64,000 nt of DNA, from NCBI GenBank assembly GCA_043821645.1, contig JBDRCO010000046.1, positions 32,001-96,000 on the forward strand. The letters run 5' to 3'. This stretch comes from Pseudomonadota bacterium (GTDB taxonomy: Bacteria > Myxococcota > JACRCW01 > JAFGSX01). Numbering within the stretch: the stretch's first letter is position 1; every line of letters begins with the position of its first letter. The notes beneath the pieces are model-generated. The model saw nothing but the letters and a program-made list of their open reading frames with translations. It was not told the origin of the DNA and made no database searches. The position numbers and the translations under genes are program-made. This document shows positions 9,110 to 18,146 of this stretch, piece by piece.

Positions 9110-10066
9110 TCAGATCGCTTCTTTCAGGTTCATCACGGTCCAGAAATCGAACACCGGACCGTCCTGGCACACATAGGTCGACCCCACGTTGCAGCGGCAG
9201 CACTTGCCCATGCCGCAGTGCATGCGCCGCTCCAGCGACACGAACATGCGATCCATGGGCATGCCGAGCTGGCTCAGCCGCTGGCACACGAACTTGAACA
9301 TCACCGGTGGTCCGCACACGATGGCGTAGGTGCGCGCCATGTCCAGGTCGAGGCCGTCGAGCAACTTCGTCACCATCCCGACGTGCCCCGTCCACTGCGG
9401 CGTCGGTTTCTCGACCACGATGTCGAGCTGCACGCCGTCGACGCGGCGCCACTGCTCGTACTGGTAGTCGAACAGCAACTCGTCGGGCTCGCGGGTGCCG
9501 TACAGGATGTGCACCTGCTCGTAGTCCGAGCGGTTCTCGGTGACCGCGTAGATGGGCGCGCGCAGCGGCGCCAGCCCCAGGCCGCCGGCAATGAGCAGCA
9601 CGCTGTGGCCCTTCATCTTGTCCAGGGGAAAGTGCGAGCCAAAGGGTCCGCGGAGGCCGACCCGGGTACCGCGCCGGGCCCGATGCAGCACGCTGGTGAC
9701 CAGGCCAGCGTTGCGGATGCACAGCTCGAGGTAGCCCTTGTGGGACGGCGAGCTCGAGATGGAGATGGCCACCTCGCCGTAGCCTGGCACCGCGACCATC
9801 ACGAACTGCCCGGGCAAGAAGCCAAAGCGTTGCCGCTCCTGATCATCGTCGATGCGAAGGTGAAACAGCTTCTCCTTGTCGGTGAGCGGGACGATGGAGG
9901 TGATGGTGGCCGGGTACAGGCGGTCCACGTGCTTGAGCCGGCTGCGCCGGTTGTAGTCCACCGGCTCGAGCATCTCGGTCTCGCGCTTGATGTCGAAGGC
10001 GTGCAGCACCGGAGTGTGGGGGGCCGAGGGCGGGGTCCCGGGCTCGCGCGGCGTGGAGCTGTTCAT
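9110..10066 (-). CDS. hydG: Group 3b hydrogenase gamma subunit (FAD/NAD(P)-binding, 2Fe-2S)
   Basis: [65 protein letters not shown]. Confidence 0.9.
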   Translation of the reverse strand: MNSSTPREPGTPPSAPHTPVLHAFDIKRETEMLEPVDYNRRSRLKHVDRLYPATITSIVPLTDKEKLFHLRIDDDQERQRFGFLPGQFVMVAVPGYGEVAISISSSPSHKGYLELCIRNAGLVTSVLHRARRGTRVGLRGPFGSHFPLDKMKGHSVLLIAGGLGLAPLRAPIYAVTENRSDYEQVHILYGTREPDELLFDYQYEQWRRVDGVQLDIVVEKPTPQWTGHVGMVTKLLDGLDLDMARTYAIVCGPPVMFKFVCQRLSQLGMPMDRMFVSLERRMHCGMGKCCRCNVGSTYVCQDGPVFDFWTVMNLKEAI

Positions 10067-11106
10067 GTGCGATCCTCGTCTTGCAGGTCGCGGATGACCT
10101 CGGGCGGGTTGATGCCGGCCAGACAGGCGCGACTGCAGCGGCCGCAGCCCACGCACTTGGGCTCCTCGAAGCTCTCCACGAAGCCGCGGTGCTGGTGGTA
10201 GTAGCGGTACTTGAGCCGCGTGCCGCTCTTGGGCCTGAAGTTGTGGCCGCCCGCCACCTCGGCGAAGTCGATCAGGTTGCACGAGTACAGCTGCTTGACC
10301 CTGGCGCTGCTGCCGTGATCCAGGGCCACGCGCTCGTGGACGCCGTAGCAGTAGCAGGTGGGGCAGACCATGGCGCAGGCTCCGCAGCTCAGACACTTCT
10401 GCCCCCAGCGCGTCCACACCTCGCTCTCGAACTCGATGTCGAGCAGGTTGGGCAGGTTCTCGGTCTGCACCACCGTGTCGAAGCCCTCGCTGTTGTCGCG
10501 GCGCACGCGGAGGTACGCGTCGCTGTCCTCCTCGGTCACATCGCGGGGGCCGACCTTCTGCAGCATGGTGAAGGCGCGGTCCGAGGCGATGGCCACGAAG
10601 TAGCGGTCCCCGAGATCGGTGAGGAACAGGTCGAAGCCATGGGTCGCGCTGTCCGCGCCCATGGAGCGGCAGAAGCCGCCCTTGCAGGGCTTGTGGTCCA
10701 GGCCCACGACGAAGGTGTTGCGCCGCCGCGAGATGTAATAGGGGCTGGGGAAGAAGTCCCGGGCCAGCACCTTGTCCAGCTTGACCAGCGCGTTGATGTC
10801 GCAGGCATGCAGTCCGATCAGGGCCCGCGGCTGCAGGCGGTAGCGGATGTCCTGCTCCCAGCCGTCGTCGTCAAAGCGAAAGGTCGACAGGTTCTCCTTG
10901 AAGGGCAAGAAGTAGGTCTTGGCCGAGTACTCGGTGGTCTCGTAGTCCAGGTCCAGCGCGTCGAAGCTGGTCACGGGCAGGAACTGGTGAATGGGCTGCC
11001 CGTCGCCGCGCTGGCCTATACACCTGGGGCCAATGACCTCGTTGGTGCTCAGGATCAGCTCGACCAGGTTGCGAAACAGCGGCTTGTCCAGCACTCGGAA
11101 CAGCAT
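10063..11106 (-). CDS. hydB: Group 3b hydrogenase beta subunit (4Fe-4S dicluster, AsrA-like)
   Basis: [44 protein letters not shown]; start MLFRVL at 11106 with GGAG upstream. Confidence 0.9.
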   Translation of the reverse strand: MLFRVLDKPLFRNLVELILSTNEVIGPRCIGQRGDGQPIHQFLPVTSFDALDLDYETTEYSAKTYFLPFKENLSTFRFDDDGWEQDIRYRLQPRALIGLHACDINALVKLDKVLARDFFPSPYYISRRRNTFVVGLDHKPCKGGFCRSMGADSATHGFDLFLTDLGDRYFVAIASDRAFTMLQKVGPRDVTEEDSDAYLRVRRDNSEGFDTVVQTENLPNLLDIEFESEVWTRWGQKCLSCGACAMVCPTCYCYGVHERVALDHGSSARVKQLYSCNLIDFAEVAGGHNFRPKSGTRLKYRYYHQHRGFVESFEEPKCVGCGRCSRACLAGINPPEVIRDLQDEDRT

Positions 11107-11256
11107 GACGAACTCCACCGCGAGTGTGAACCCAGCACATCGTCCCAGGCGACAACCTGCAATGGGCAAATCAATGCATCTGGGCTCGCAATTATTGTGA
11201 TTCCGATGGCCGATCGTGATGCATGGTACACTGACCGTCATCAGCGTGGAGCAATT

Positions 11257-13347
11257 GTGACCGCACCCGCTCCCTCGACCCTGTGCCGTGCCCTGGGCAT
11301 GCTGGGCGTGCTCCTGGGGCTGGCTTGCCCCGGTCCCTCGCCACAGATCGTGTGCCGCGACGATCGCTCCTGCCCGACAGGGTACTTCTGTGCGCTTCCC
11401 GAGGGCCTGTGTCATCGTCGGGCGCTGCCCGGGGATGCGAGCGCGGGCGACGTCACTCCTGGCGATGCCTCGGGTCAGGATCACGCAGCCCTGGACAGCG
11501 CCGGCGCCGACCTGCTGACCGCCGATGCAGCCAGCACGGATTCGTCCCTGGCCGACGCCAGTGTGGACGAGACGGGTGGCCTGGATCGATCCCCCGCCGA
11601 TGTCACGACCGCGGATTCCTCGGGCAGCGATGTCCTCGCTGGCGACGCCGCGGGTGCAGACCTCACCGGCCAGGATGGGGGTTCGCCGCTCCCCCGCATC
11701 GCGGGTTTGCAGGCGGTCCCGGCCTCGGTGATCTACGGAGCCAGCACCGAGATCCGCTTCACTCCGCACGACGCCACGCAGTGCACGATCGACCAGGTCG
11801 CGGTGCTCATCAACGCGGGCGGGCAGGTCCAGCACAGCCTGGCACCCAGCGCCACCCGTCACATCGAGGTGTGCTGCACGGGGCCCGGTGGCCAGGTCTG
11901 CGCCAGCGTCGAGGTCGCGGTCGAGTGCACCAACCCGCAACCCGTGAACGGGCCTGTGATCATCCACGATGCGGCCGAGCTCGTGGAGCTCGGAAACTCC
12001 GTCTCGGGCTGCTGGAGGGTGCAGGGCCACCTGACCATAGGGCCCAGTGCCAGCCTCTTCGACCTGGCCCCTCTGCGGGGCCTGGTCGAGGTCACGGGCA
12101 CGCTGGACATCACCGACAACGCCGACCTGTCACACCTCACCGGGCTCGAGGCCCTGCACACCGTGGGCGGTGCGCTGTACCTGGGGCACTATGACAATGC
12201 GCAGGGGGTTCACCTGGGCAACGACTCGCTGCAGGACGTCCACGCCCTGAGTGGCCTGCGCCAGATCGGCGGCTCGCTCACCGTGCAGCTGTCGCCGGAG
12301 CTCGGCAGCCTGCACGGCCTCGAGGAGTTGCAGACCCTGGGCGGTCACCTGCTGGTGCAGCACTGCAACGACCTCGGCGATGTGCGGGCCCTGCACCGGC
12401 TACAGAGCATGGGCGCCTACCTCTGGCTCGAGGACCTGCCCCGGCTGACCAGCCTGGAGGGCCTGCAGAACGTGAGTCAGGTGGGCACGGACCTGGGGCT
12501 GGTGAGCCTGCCACAGCTCACGGATCTGCGCGCACTCGAGTTCCTGCACGCAGACCTGCACAGCCTGTACGTGACCAGCTGTCCGCTGCTGCAGGACCTC
12601 AGCGGACTGCAGAACCTGCGCATCTCGCAGTGGCTGCAGATCCGAAGCAACGACGGCCTGGTCACCCTGCAGGGCTTGCCGCAGACCGTCAGCGGCGTGC
12701 TCACCCACGTCGAGATCTACGATCATCCCCTGCTGCAGAGCCTGGACGGCCTGGACAGCCTGGTGCACGTGCGCCTGGACCCCGCCCGCGTCTGCACCCA
12801 GGCCCGCCGCACAGCCAAGAGCTGCGCCGGCATGCTCGCGATCCATGACAACGCCAGTTTGCCCGGGCTCGAAGGGTTGAACGCCCTGACCCAGGTCGAC
12901 GACTCCCTGGTCATCGAGGACAACGCCCGCCTGCAGCAGGTGGTCGCACTGAACGCCGTGCTGCACATCGGCGGCGAGCTCAGCGTGCAGCGCAACCCCC
13001 AGCTCATCAGCCTGGACGGGCTGCACCAGGTGGGCGAGATCGCGGCCGGCGTGATCATCGAGGATAACGACGCCCTGCTCGAGCTCGCCGGTCTCAGCGG
13101 CCTGGCGGTCCTGGGTGGTGAGGTCGGGCAGACACCCGACCTGTACTCCGGGGGCCTGGTCATCAACGGCAACCTGGTGCTGCACGATCTCGGGCTGCGT
13201 GCGGATTGCACCTTTGCAGGCAGCTTGTTTCAGATCACCAACAACGCCGCCCTGCCAACGGCCACGGCCTCGGCTCTGTACAGCGACTGGTGTGAGGGGA
13301 CCGGGTTGAACTGTCCGTTTGCGCTGATCGCGAACAACGGGCCGTGA
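11257..13347 (+). CDS. Lipoprotein with Cys-rich motif, Asp/Ala-rich linker and receptor-L-domain/LRR-like repeats
   Basis: Lipobox LLGLAC, CRDDRSCPTGYFC..C, repeats LxxLxGLxxLxxVGGxLxI; GTG start after GGAG (start uncertain). Confidence 0.75.
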   Translation: MTAPAPSTLCRALGMLGVLLGLACPGPSPQIVCRDDRSCPTGYFCALPEGLCHRRALPGDASAGDVTPGDASGQDHAALDSAGADLLTADAASTDSSLADASVDETGGLDRSPADVTTADSSGSDVLAGDAAGADLTGQDGGSPLPRIAGLQAVPASVIYGASTEIRFTPHDATQCTIDQVAVLINAGGQVQHSLAPSATRHIEVCCTGPGGQVCASVEVAVECTNPQPVNGPVIIHDAAELVELGNSVSGCWRVQGHLTIGPSASLFDLAPLRGLVEVTGTLDITDNADLSHLTGLEALHTVGGALYLGHYDNAQGVHLGNDSLQDVHALSGLRQIGGSLTVQLSPELGSLHGLEELQTLGGHLLVQHCNDLGDVRALHRLQSMGAYLWLEDLPRLTSLEGLQNVSQVGTDLGLVSLPQLTDLRALEFLHADLHSLYVTSCPLLQDLSGLQNLRISQWLQIRSNDGLVTLQGLPQTVSGVLTHVEIYDHPLLQSLDGLDSLVHVRLDPARVCTQARRTAKSCAGMLAIHDNASLPGLEGLNALTQVDDSLVIEDNARLQQVVALNAVLHIGGELSVQRNPQLISLDGLHQVGEIAAGVIIEDNDALLELAGLSGLAVLGGEVGQTPDLYSGGLVINGNLVLHDLGLRADCTFAGSLFQITNNAALPTATASALYSDWCEGTGLNCPFALIANNGP

Positions 13348-13377
13348 GCGGCAGTGGCAGGGCGTCGGCTTCTGCGA

Positions 13378-13554
13378 TCAGCTCGCACTTTGATGCAGCA
13401 CGCGGTCGGCCTCGGCCTTGGCCGCGTCGAGGCGAGCCAGGGCTTCCTTGAGGGCGCGCTTGGATTCGGCGTTGTGCGCTGTCTGGTGCTGCTTGAGGGC
13501 CGCGAAGTAGGCATTCTCGGTCTCGGTCAGGAGGTCGATCAGCTGGTCAAACAT
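13378..13554 (-). CDS. Small helical hypothetical protein (58 aa)
   Basis: Strong RBS GAGGAGG before ATG; MFDQLIDLLTETENAYFAALKQ...; host-like codon usage. Confidence 0.7.
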   Translation of the reverse strand: MFDQLIDLLTETENAYFAALKQHQTAHNAESKRALKEALARLDAAKAEADRVLHQSAS

Positions 13555-13691
13555 GGCGTCCTCCTCTGTCCTGTCTCGCGTTTCCCGCTTGTGTACTTCA
13601 ACGCACCGCGTGCTCGAAAATTTCATTCGCTCGCATCGTCTCCATCTTGTGCAAGCTGGGGGCCAACGCGTGCCAGCCGCCGAAGTTCTGC

Positions 13692-13814
13692 TAAAAGACT
13701 ATTAATATTATAGTTTTACTGGAGAGCGGCGAGTTCGCGAGGCAAAGGCGCGTGCTGCACAATGCGACAGTTTTGCATCACAATGGCGGTGATGGCGCCC
13801 ACATTGTGATGCAA
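13692..13814 (-). promoter_or_regulatory. AT-rich promoter/operator region: TATAAT inside a palindrome plus a 13-bp inverted repeat
   Basis: Minus-strand TATAAT at 13712-13707 within TAAAAGACTAT-TAATATT-ATAGTTTTA; TTGCATCACAATG (13773-13785) / CATTGTGATGCAA (13802-13814). Confidence 0.6.
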
Positions 13815-13897
13815 GTGCGCGCGCATACGTTTGATTTCTGGGATCTGTTTTTTGCAGCAGGTGAGGCCAGAAGTGGGCAGCCGGACAGGGCGGGCGC

Positions 13898-14692
13898 TCA
13901 GCCGCCGTACTGCCAGTGCCAGGGCTCGCGTGGAATGGTGCTGAAACCGTACTTCGAGGCGTTCTCGCGCAGCCAGTTGAGGCCCTTGCTGTTGACGTCG
14001 ACGTCGACGGCCAGTCCCCATCCGTGCTTGCTGGTGCCGGGCGTGGCAGCCAGACCGCCGTTCTTGTACAGACCCTTGCGCCGCGCCACGTCGACCTGGG
14101 CCTCGTAGGAGCGATAGGAATCGGTGACGCCGATGTTGACGCCGGCCTTGCGCGCGTCGGCGGCCATGCGCTGGAACGCCGCCGCAGCGGGACGCGCCAG
14201 GCGGTGATTGCCGACACCGATGGGGGACAGGGCCGAGCGTGGGATGCGCCCGTTGCCATACTTCTTGAGATCTGGCGGCACGCCACCACTCGTCCCCGAG
14301 CTGCCCGAGGTGCTGGTCGACTTTGGCCGCGGCGCGTCCACCCCGTCGCCCGAGCCGGTTGGCGCGCTCTTGGCCAGCATGCTGGTGCCCGGAGCCGCGC
14401 TCATGCCGTGCAAGGCAGCCCAGGTCTGCTGTCCGACCTTGCCGTCCACCTGCAGGCCCTTCTTCTGCTGGAACTGGCGCACCGCAGCCTGGGTCTTGGG
14501 TCCGAAGATGCCGTCGCTGGGGCCCGGGTCAATGCCGTTTTGCTTGAGCAGGTTCTGCAGTTCCTTGACCTCGGTCCCGCGCGCGCCGCGGCCCAGCATG
14601 TGATGGGTCTTCAGCGTGTCGGCAACGCTGGCAGAGCTGGCGGGGGTGCGCGAGGCGTTGCGGGTGGCGGTGGCATTGCTGACGGTGGTCAT
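13898..14692 (-). CDS. Peptidoglycan-binding domain + M15 (VanY-like) Zn peptidase
   Basis: PG_binding_1 (VKELQNLL..DGIFGPKTQAAVRQFQ..GLQVDGKVG), SYRSYEAQ, PGTSKHGWGLAVD, EPWHWQY. Confidence 0.9.
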   Translation of the reverse strand: MTTVSNATATRNASRTPASSASVADTLKTHHMLGRGARGTEVKELQNLLKQNGIDPGPSDGIFGPKTQAAVRQFQQKKGLQVDGKVGQQTWAALHGMSAAPGTSMLAKSAPTGSGDGVDAPRPKSTSTSGSSGTSGGVPPDLKKYGNGRIPRSALSPIGVGNHRLARPAAAAFQRMAADARKAGVNIGVTDSYRSYEAQVDVARRKGLYKNGGLAATPGTSKHGWGLAVDVDVNSKGLNWLRENASKYGFSTIPREPWHWQYGG

Positions 14693-14812
14693 GTCCTGCT
14701 CTCCTGGCGCGTTCGGTGTGTCTCTATGGAGGAGTTATCGCTCCCAGGTCGCCCGAGGTCGCGTCCATATGCATCGGTCAGTTGACGGATGGGGCTCGCG
14801 ATGTGAGCGGAA

Positions 14813-15568
14813 TCACTGCTGACGCAGCTCGACGCAGAGGCCACTGACACATGTCGTATGGGTGGGGCAGCCCTGGCCGCAGGCCACCCGCTCGCAACGG
14901 TTGGAGCTACTGCAACCATACATGGATACGGGGCATTGTCCGTTGATGCAGTCGGCCGCTCGACACAGCCCCGTGCCCGTGCAGGTCATCCCCGGCGGGC
15001 AGTCGGATTCGCCCGCGCACTCCAGGGCGCAGGCCCCATACTGCGAGCAGATGGCCAGACCCGGGCAGTGGATCTCGGATCCGCAGGGGCTGCACACACC
15101 ACCCGGGATGCTGCGCGAGCAGGATCCGGGTCCACTCGGGCAGTCGCCATCCACCGAGCACTGGCCCAGCGGGAGGTTGGCCCAGGGATCGGCGCCTGCA
15201 TCCGCGCCTGCCGTGGCGTCTGCTGCAGGGCTGCCATCGTGGGACGCGAGGGCATCTCCGGGCGAGGCCGCATCGCCCGTGGTGACAGCATCTGTCGCCG
15301 GGGCGCCGTCCGCCTGCGAGGTTGCATCCGCTGGCACGGCCCCATCGGTGACCGGCGCGCTATCCATGCCCGATGCCGCGTCCCGGGGAGCGAGGTCCAC
15401 GCCGGGATCCTGATCAGACACGGCGAGGTCGAGGACCAGGATGTCCTGGTGGGCCGCATCGATCTGCAGCGCACCGTCCGCGGTCGAGGCATCCTGCACA
15501 TCGACCGGCGTCGGACATCCGCTTGCCAGGACCAGGGCCGACAACAACCAGGGAATCTGCCTCTTCAT
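14813..15568 (-). CDS. Cys-rich lipoprotein with Asp/Ala-rich linker
   Basis: MKRQIPWLLSALVLASGC lipobox; DA repeats; C-terminal Cys-rich modules; GGAGG RBS. Confidence 0.75.
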   Translation of the reverse strand: MKRQIPWLLSALVLASGCPTPVDVQDASTADGALQIDAAHQDILVLDLAVSDQDPGVDLAPRDAASGMDSAPVTDGAVPADATSQADGAPATDAVTTGDAASPGDALASHDGSPAADATAGADAGADPWANLPLGQCSVDGDCPSGPGSCSRSIPGGVCSPCGSEIHCPGLAICSQYGACALECAGESDCPPGMTCTGTGLCRAADCINGQCPVSMYGCSSSNRCERVACGQGCPTHTTCVSGLCVELRQQ

Positions 15569-15666
15569 GCACGCCTCCGCGCCGATGGGAGGCCTGACCA
15601 TAGCACGGCGCCACAGCGGGCTCGCAGGCTGGCCAAAGCGCCGGTCTCCACGGTACAAGAAGGACC

Positions 15667-17076
15667 ATGAGTCGACGCATCAGCGGCCTGCGCACGTCCA
15701 CAGCTCGCCTGACACCACCTACCCGTCGCGAGAGCAGCTGGGCCACGACCCACGACCACCTCACACCTGACAAGGTCGCCAGCGATCGCATGGACAGGGG
15801 GCCGACCCGGACCCGCTCGACCTCGCCCAAGACCCGCGTGCCGACCCGGCACCCCGGCGAGTCGCGACAGGACTTCGTGCTCCGGGCCTTGAGGGAATCG
15901 CAGCGCACGGTGTCCAGGCTGGACCCCCAGGCTGCTGCCACCAAGCTGGACCGGCTGGAGCAGAGCCCCTTCGTGTTCTTTCGCGGCACGGCCTTCTTGT
16001 TTTACGCCGACCTCGCCAAGAGCGAGCGGCACAGGCCCGCGGTGCTGTGCAATGGCGACGTGCACCCCCTCAACTTCGGCACCATGCCTGGTCGCGATGG
16101 CAAGCCCGTGTTCGGCCTCAATGACTTCGACGAGGCCGCGGTGGCGCCCTTCAGCTTCGACGTCAAGCGAGGCGCCACGGGCTTTCAGCTGCTGGCTGCC
16201 GAGAAGGGGCTGTCGCCGGCCGAGCGCGGCAAGGTGGTGCGGGCCTTCGTCGACGGCTACCTGGACATGCTGGAGAAGGCGGACGGCAGCGACCGCGAGC
16301 ACAAGGCCCAGACCGAGAAGCGCACCAAGGGCCCGGTCAAGGAGCTTCTCGAGCGCGCCGCCGACGCCTCGCGCACAAAATTTCTCAAGGGCGAGGTCGC
16401 GCACGGCCGCTTCGTCGAGGATCCCGAGCTGCTGCCCTGCCGCGAGCGCATCCCCGAGTTCGAGCGCGCCGTGCAGCTCTATGTCGAATCGCTGCCCGAG
16501 GACAGACGGCCCGCGGACGGTTTTCTGAAGATCAAGGACGTGGTGCAGAAGCAGGGCAGTGGCACCGGCAGCCTGGGCGCCGAGCGCTACTACGTGCTGG
16601 TCGAGGGCCCCGGCAAGAAGGGCAAGGACGACCGCATCCTCGAGCTCAAGCAGAGCCTGCCCAGCGTGCTCGAGCCTTACAGTGGCATGGACGCGATGAG
16701 CCTGCGCGCCGGTGGCGCCCGCGTGGCCAGCGCCCACCATGTGCAGGTGGTGCACGGCGATCCCCTGTACGGCCACACCACCCTCGACCGCCGCAGCTTC
16801 ATGGTGCGCGAGCGCAGCCCCGAGTGGCAGCGCTTCGACGTCGAGGACGGTGACAGCGCGTCACTGAGGCAGTACGCGCGGAGCTGCGGCGAGGCCCTGG
16901 CTCTGTCCCACGCCCGCTGTGCCGATCATGCCGAGGACCGCATCCTGGACAGCCTGGAACCGGACCGCTTCACCGACGAGGTGGTGGTTCAGGCTCGCGA
17001 GCTGGCCAACAAGGTGGTCGACGACCACGCCCGCTTCGTGCAACTTCGCCGCGACGGTGTGTTCGACCCCGACTGA
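15667..17076 (+). CDS. DUF2252 family protein (kinase-like fold)
   Basis: SPFVFFRGTA, CNGDVHPLNFG, FGLNDFDEA, GTGSLG..RYYVLVEG, ILELKQ, ALALSHAR. Confidence 0.85.
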   Translation: MSRRISGLRTSTARLTPPTRRESSWATTHDHLTPDKVASDRMDRGPTRTRSTSPKTRVPTRHPGESRQDFVLRALRESQRTVSRLDPQAAATKLDRLEQSPFVFFRGTAFLFYADLAKSERHRPAVLCNGDVHPLNFGTMPGRDGKPVFGLNDFDEAAVAPFSFDVKRGATGFQLLAAEKGLSPAERGKVVRAFVDGYLDMLEKADGSDREHKAQTEKRTKGPVKELLERAADASRTKFLKGEVAHGRFVEDPELLPCRERIPEFERAVQLYVESLPEDRRPADGFLKIKDVVQKQGSGTGSLGAERYYVLVEGPGKKGKDDRILELKQSLPSVLEPYSGMDAMSLRAGGARVASAHHVQVVHGDPLYGHTTLDRRSFMVRERSPEWQRFDVEDGDSASLRQYARSCGEALALSHARCADHAEDRILDSLEPDRFTDEVVVQARELANKVVDDHARFVQLRRDGVFDPD

Positions 17077-17163
17077 CGCACGACGACGGACCAGTCCCCT
17101 CGTGGACGGTGCTCACTCCCTCCCCGCGATCCAGTTCATTGCTTGGGACCGCTTTTGGCGGGC

Positions 17164-18120
17164 TCAGCGTCCGAGCTCAGTGGGCGTCACCACCTGTCCC
17201 GGGGCAAACAGCTCCGCACCGGTGGGGCAAGGCTCGCTCCGGTCCGGGATGTCCAGCCGTGCCCCGGCCGGCACGCGTCGCCCGTCGACGGTGAGCTCGC
17301 GGTAGGCACCCTGGCCGCTGTCCAGGTAGTGGAGCACCTGTGAACAGTGCACGGTCGCGATGGTCGAGGGCCACTCCGCCGAGGCCTCGGCCGCCCGCTG
17401 CACGATCCAGTAATCGCTTCGCTCGGCGCTCCAGGGCCGCAGGGCTGGGAACTGCTTGGGCGAGCGGGACTCGAAGCTCATGCCGAGGCCGACCACGTGG
17501 CCGCCGTCGAGGTGGACCACGTGGTATTTGTAGCTGCCGCAGCAGTATCCTGTCTTGACCACCACGTACTGCTCGCTCAGCCAGCCGACGACCTCGGGCG
17601 CACCACCAGCGGGGTTGGCGGCCTGGGGGAGTTCGACCGCGCACGCCGGCGCGCGCTTCTGCTGCATCGCAGCCAGCAGCTCGTCGATCCTGTAGGCGCA
17701 GGCGGTGCCGACACCACCGGCCAGGACCCAGCCACTGGCCCCGTCCTGGCCAGGCGAACCACCCAGGTAGACACAGTGGTCAAAGCCCTCGGCGTCGGTC
17801 GGCACGGCGAAGTGGCCAACGACCTGGTCCGGCGCCGCGGCATCCGCCAGTGCGCAGCCCGCCCGCGGGTCTTCTTCCTCGCGCACCAGGTAGCGCCGCC
17901 CCGCGCTGTCCTGATGCACGCGGCTGCCCGCACGCAGGGCCAGCTCGGTCGAGCCGTACAGTTCCACCACGTCGCCGTGATCCGCGCTCACCATGGGCTG
18001 AGCCGTGGTCGAGCAGGCCATCTGGACAAGGGCAGGTGCAGCGACGACGAGGGCCAGGCGCTGCAGGTGCTGGCGAGGCCTTGCGACGGCGTGCCAGGGA
18101 AGGGTGGGTTGCTGGATCAT
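17164..18120 (-). CDS. Hypothetical protein, possible lipoprotein
   Basis: ATG at 18120 just downstream of the A2M stop; hydrophobic stretch ending QMAC; no family recognised. Confidence 0.5.
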   Translation of the reverse strand: MIQQPTLPWHAVARPRQHLQRLALVVAAPALVQMACSTTAQPMVSADHGDVVELYGSTELALRAGSRVHQDSAGRRYLVREEEDPRAGCALADAAAPDQVVGHFAVPTDAEGFDHCVYLGGSPGQDGASGWVLAGGVGTACAYRIDELLAAMQQKRAPACAVELPQAANPAGGAPEVVGWLSEQYVVVKTGYCCGSYKYHVVHLDGGHVVGLGMSFESRSPKQFPALRPWSAERSDYWIVQRAAEASAEWPSTIATVHCSQVLHYLDSGQGAYRELTVDGRRVPAGARLDIPDRSEPCPTGAELFAPGQVVTPTELGR

Positions 18121-18146
18121 GGCGGGATCTCTCTCCGCTTGAAAAT

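Noticed and set aside
13692-13720. dif site or oriC
   Set aside because: No TTATGTTAAAT-like XerD arm and no DnaA boxes seen
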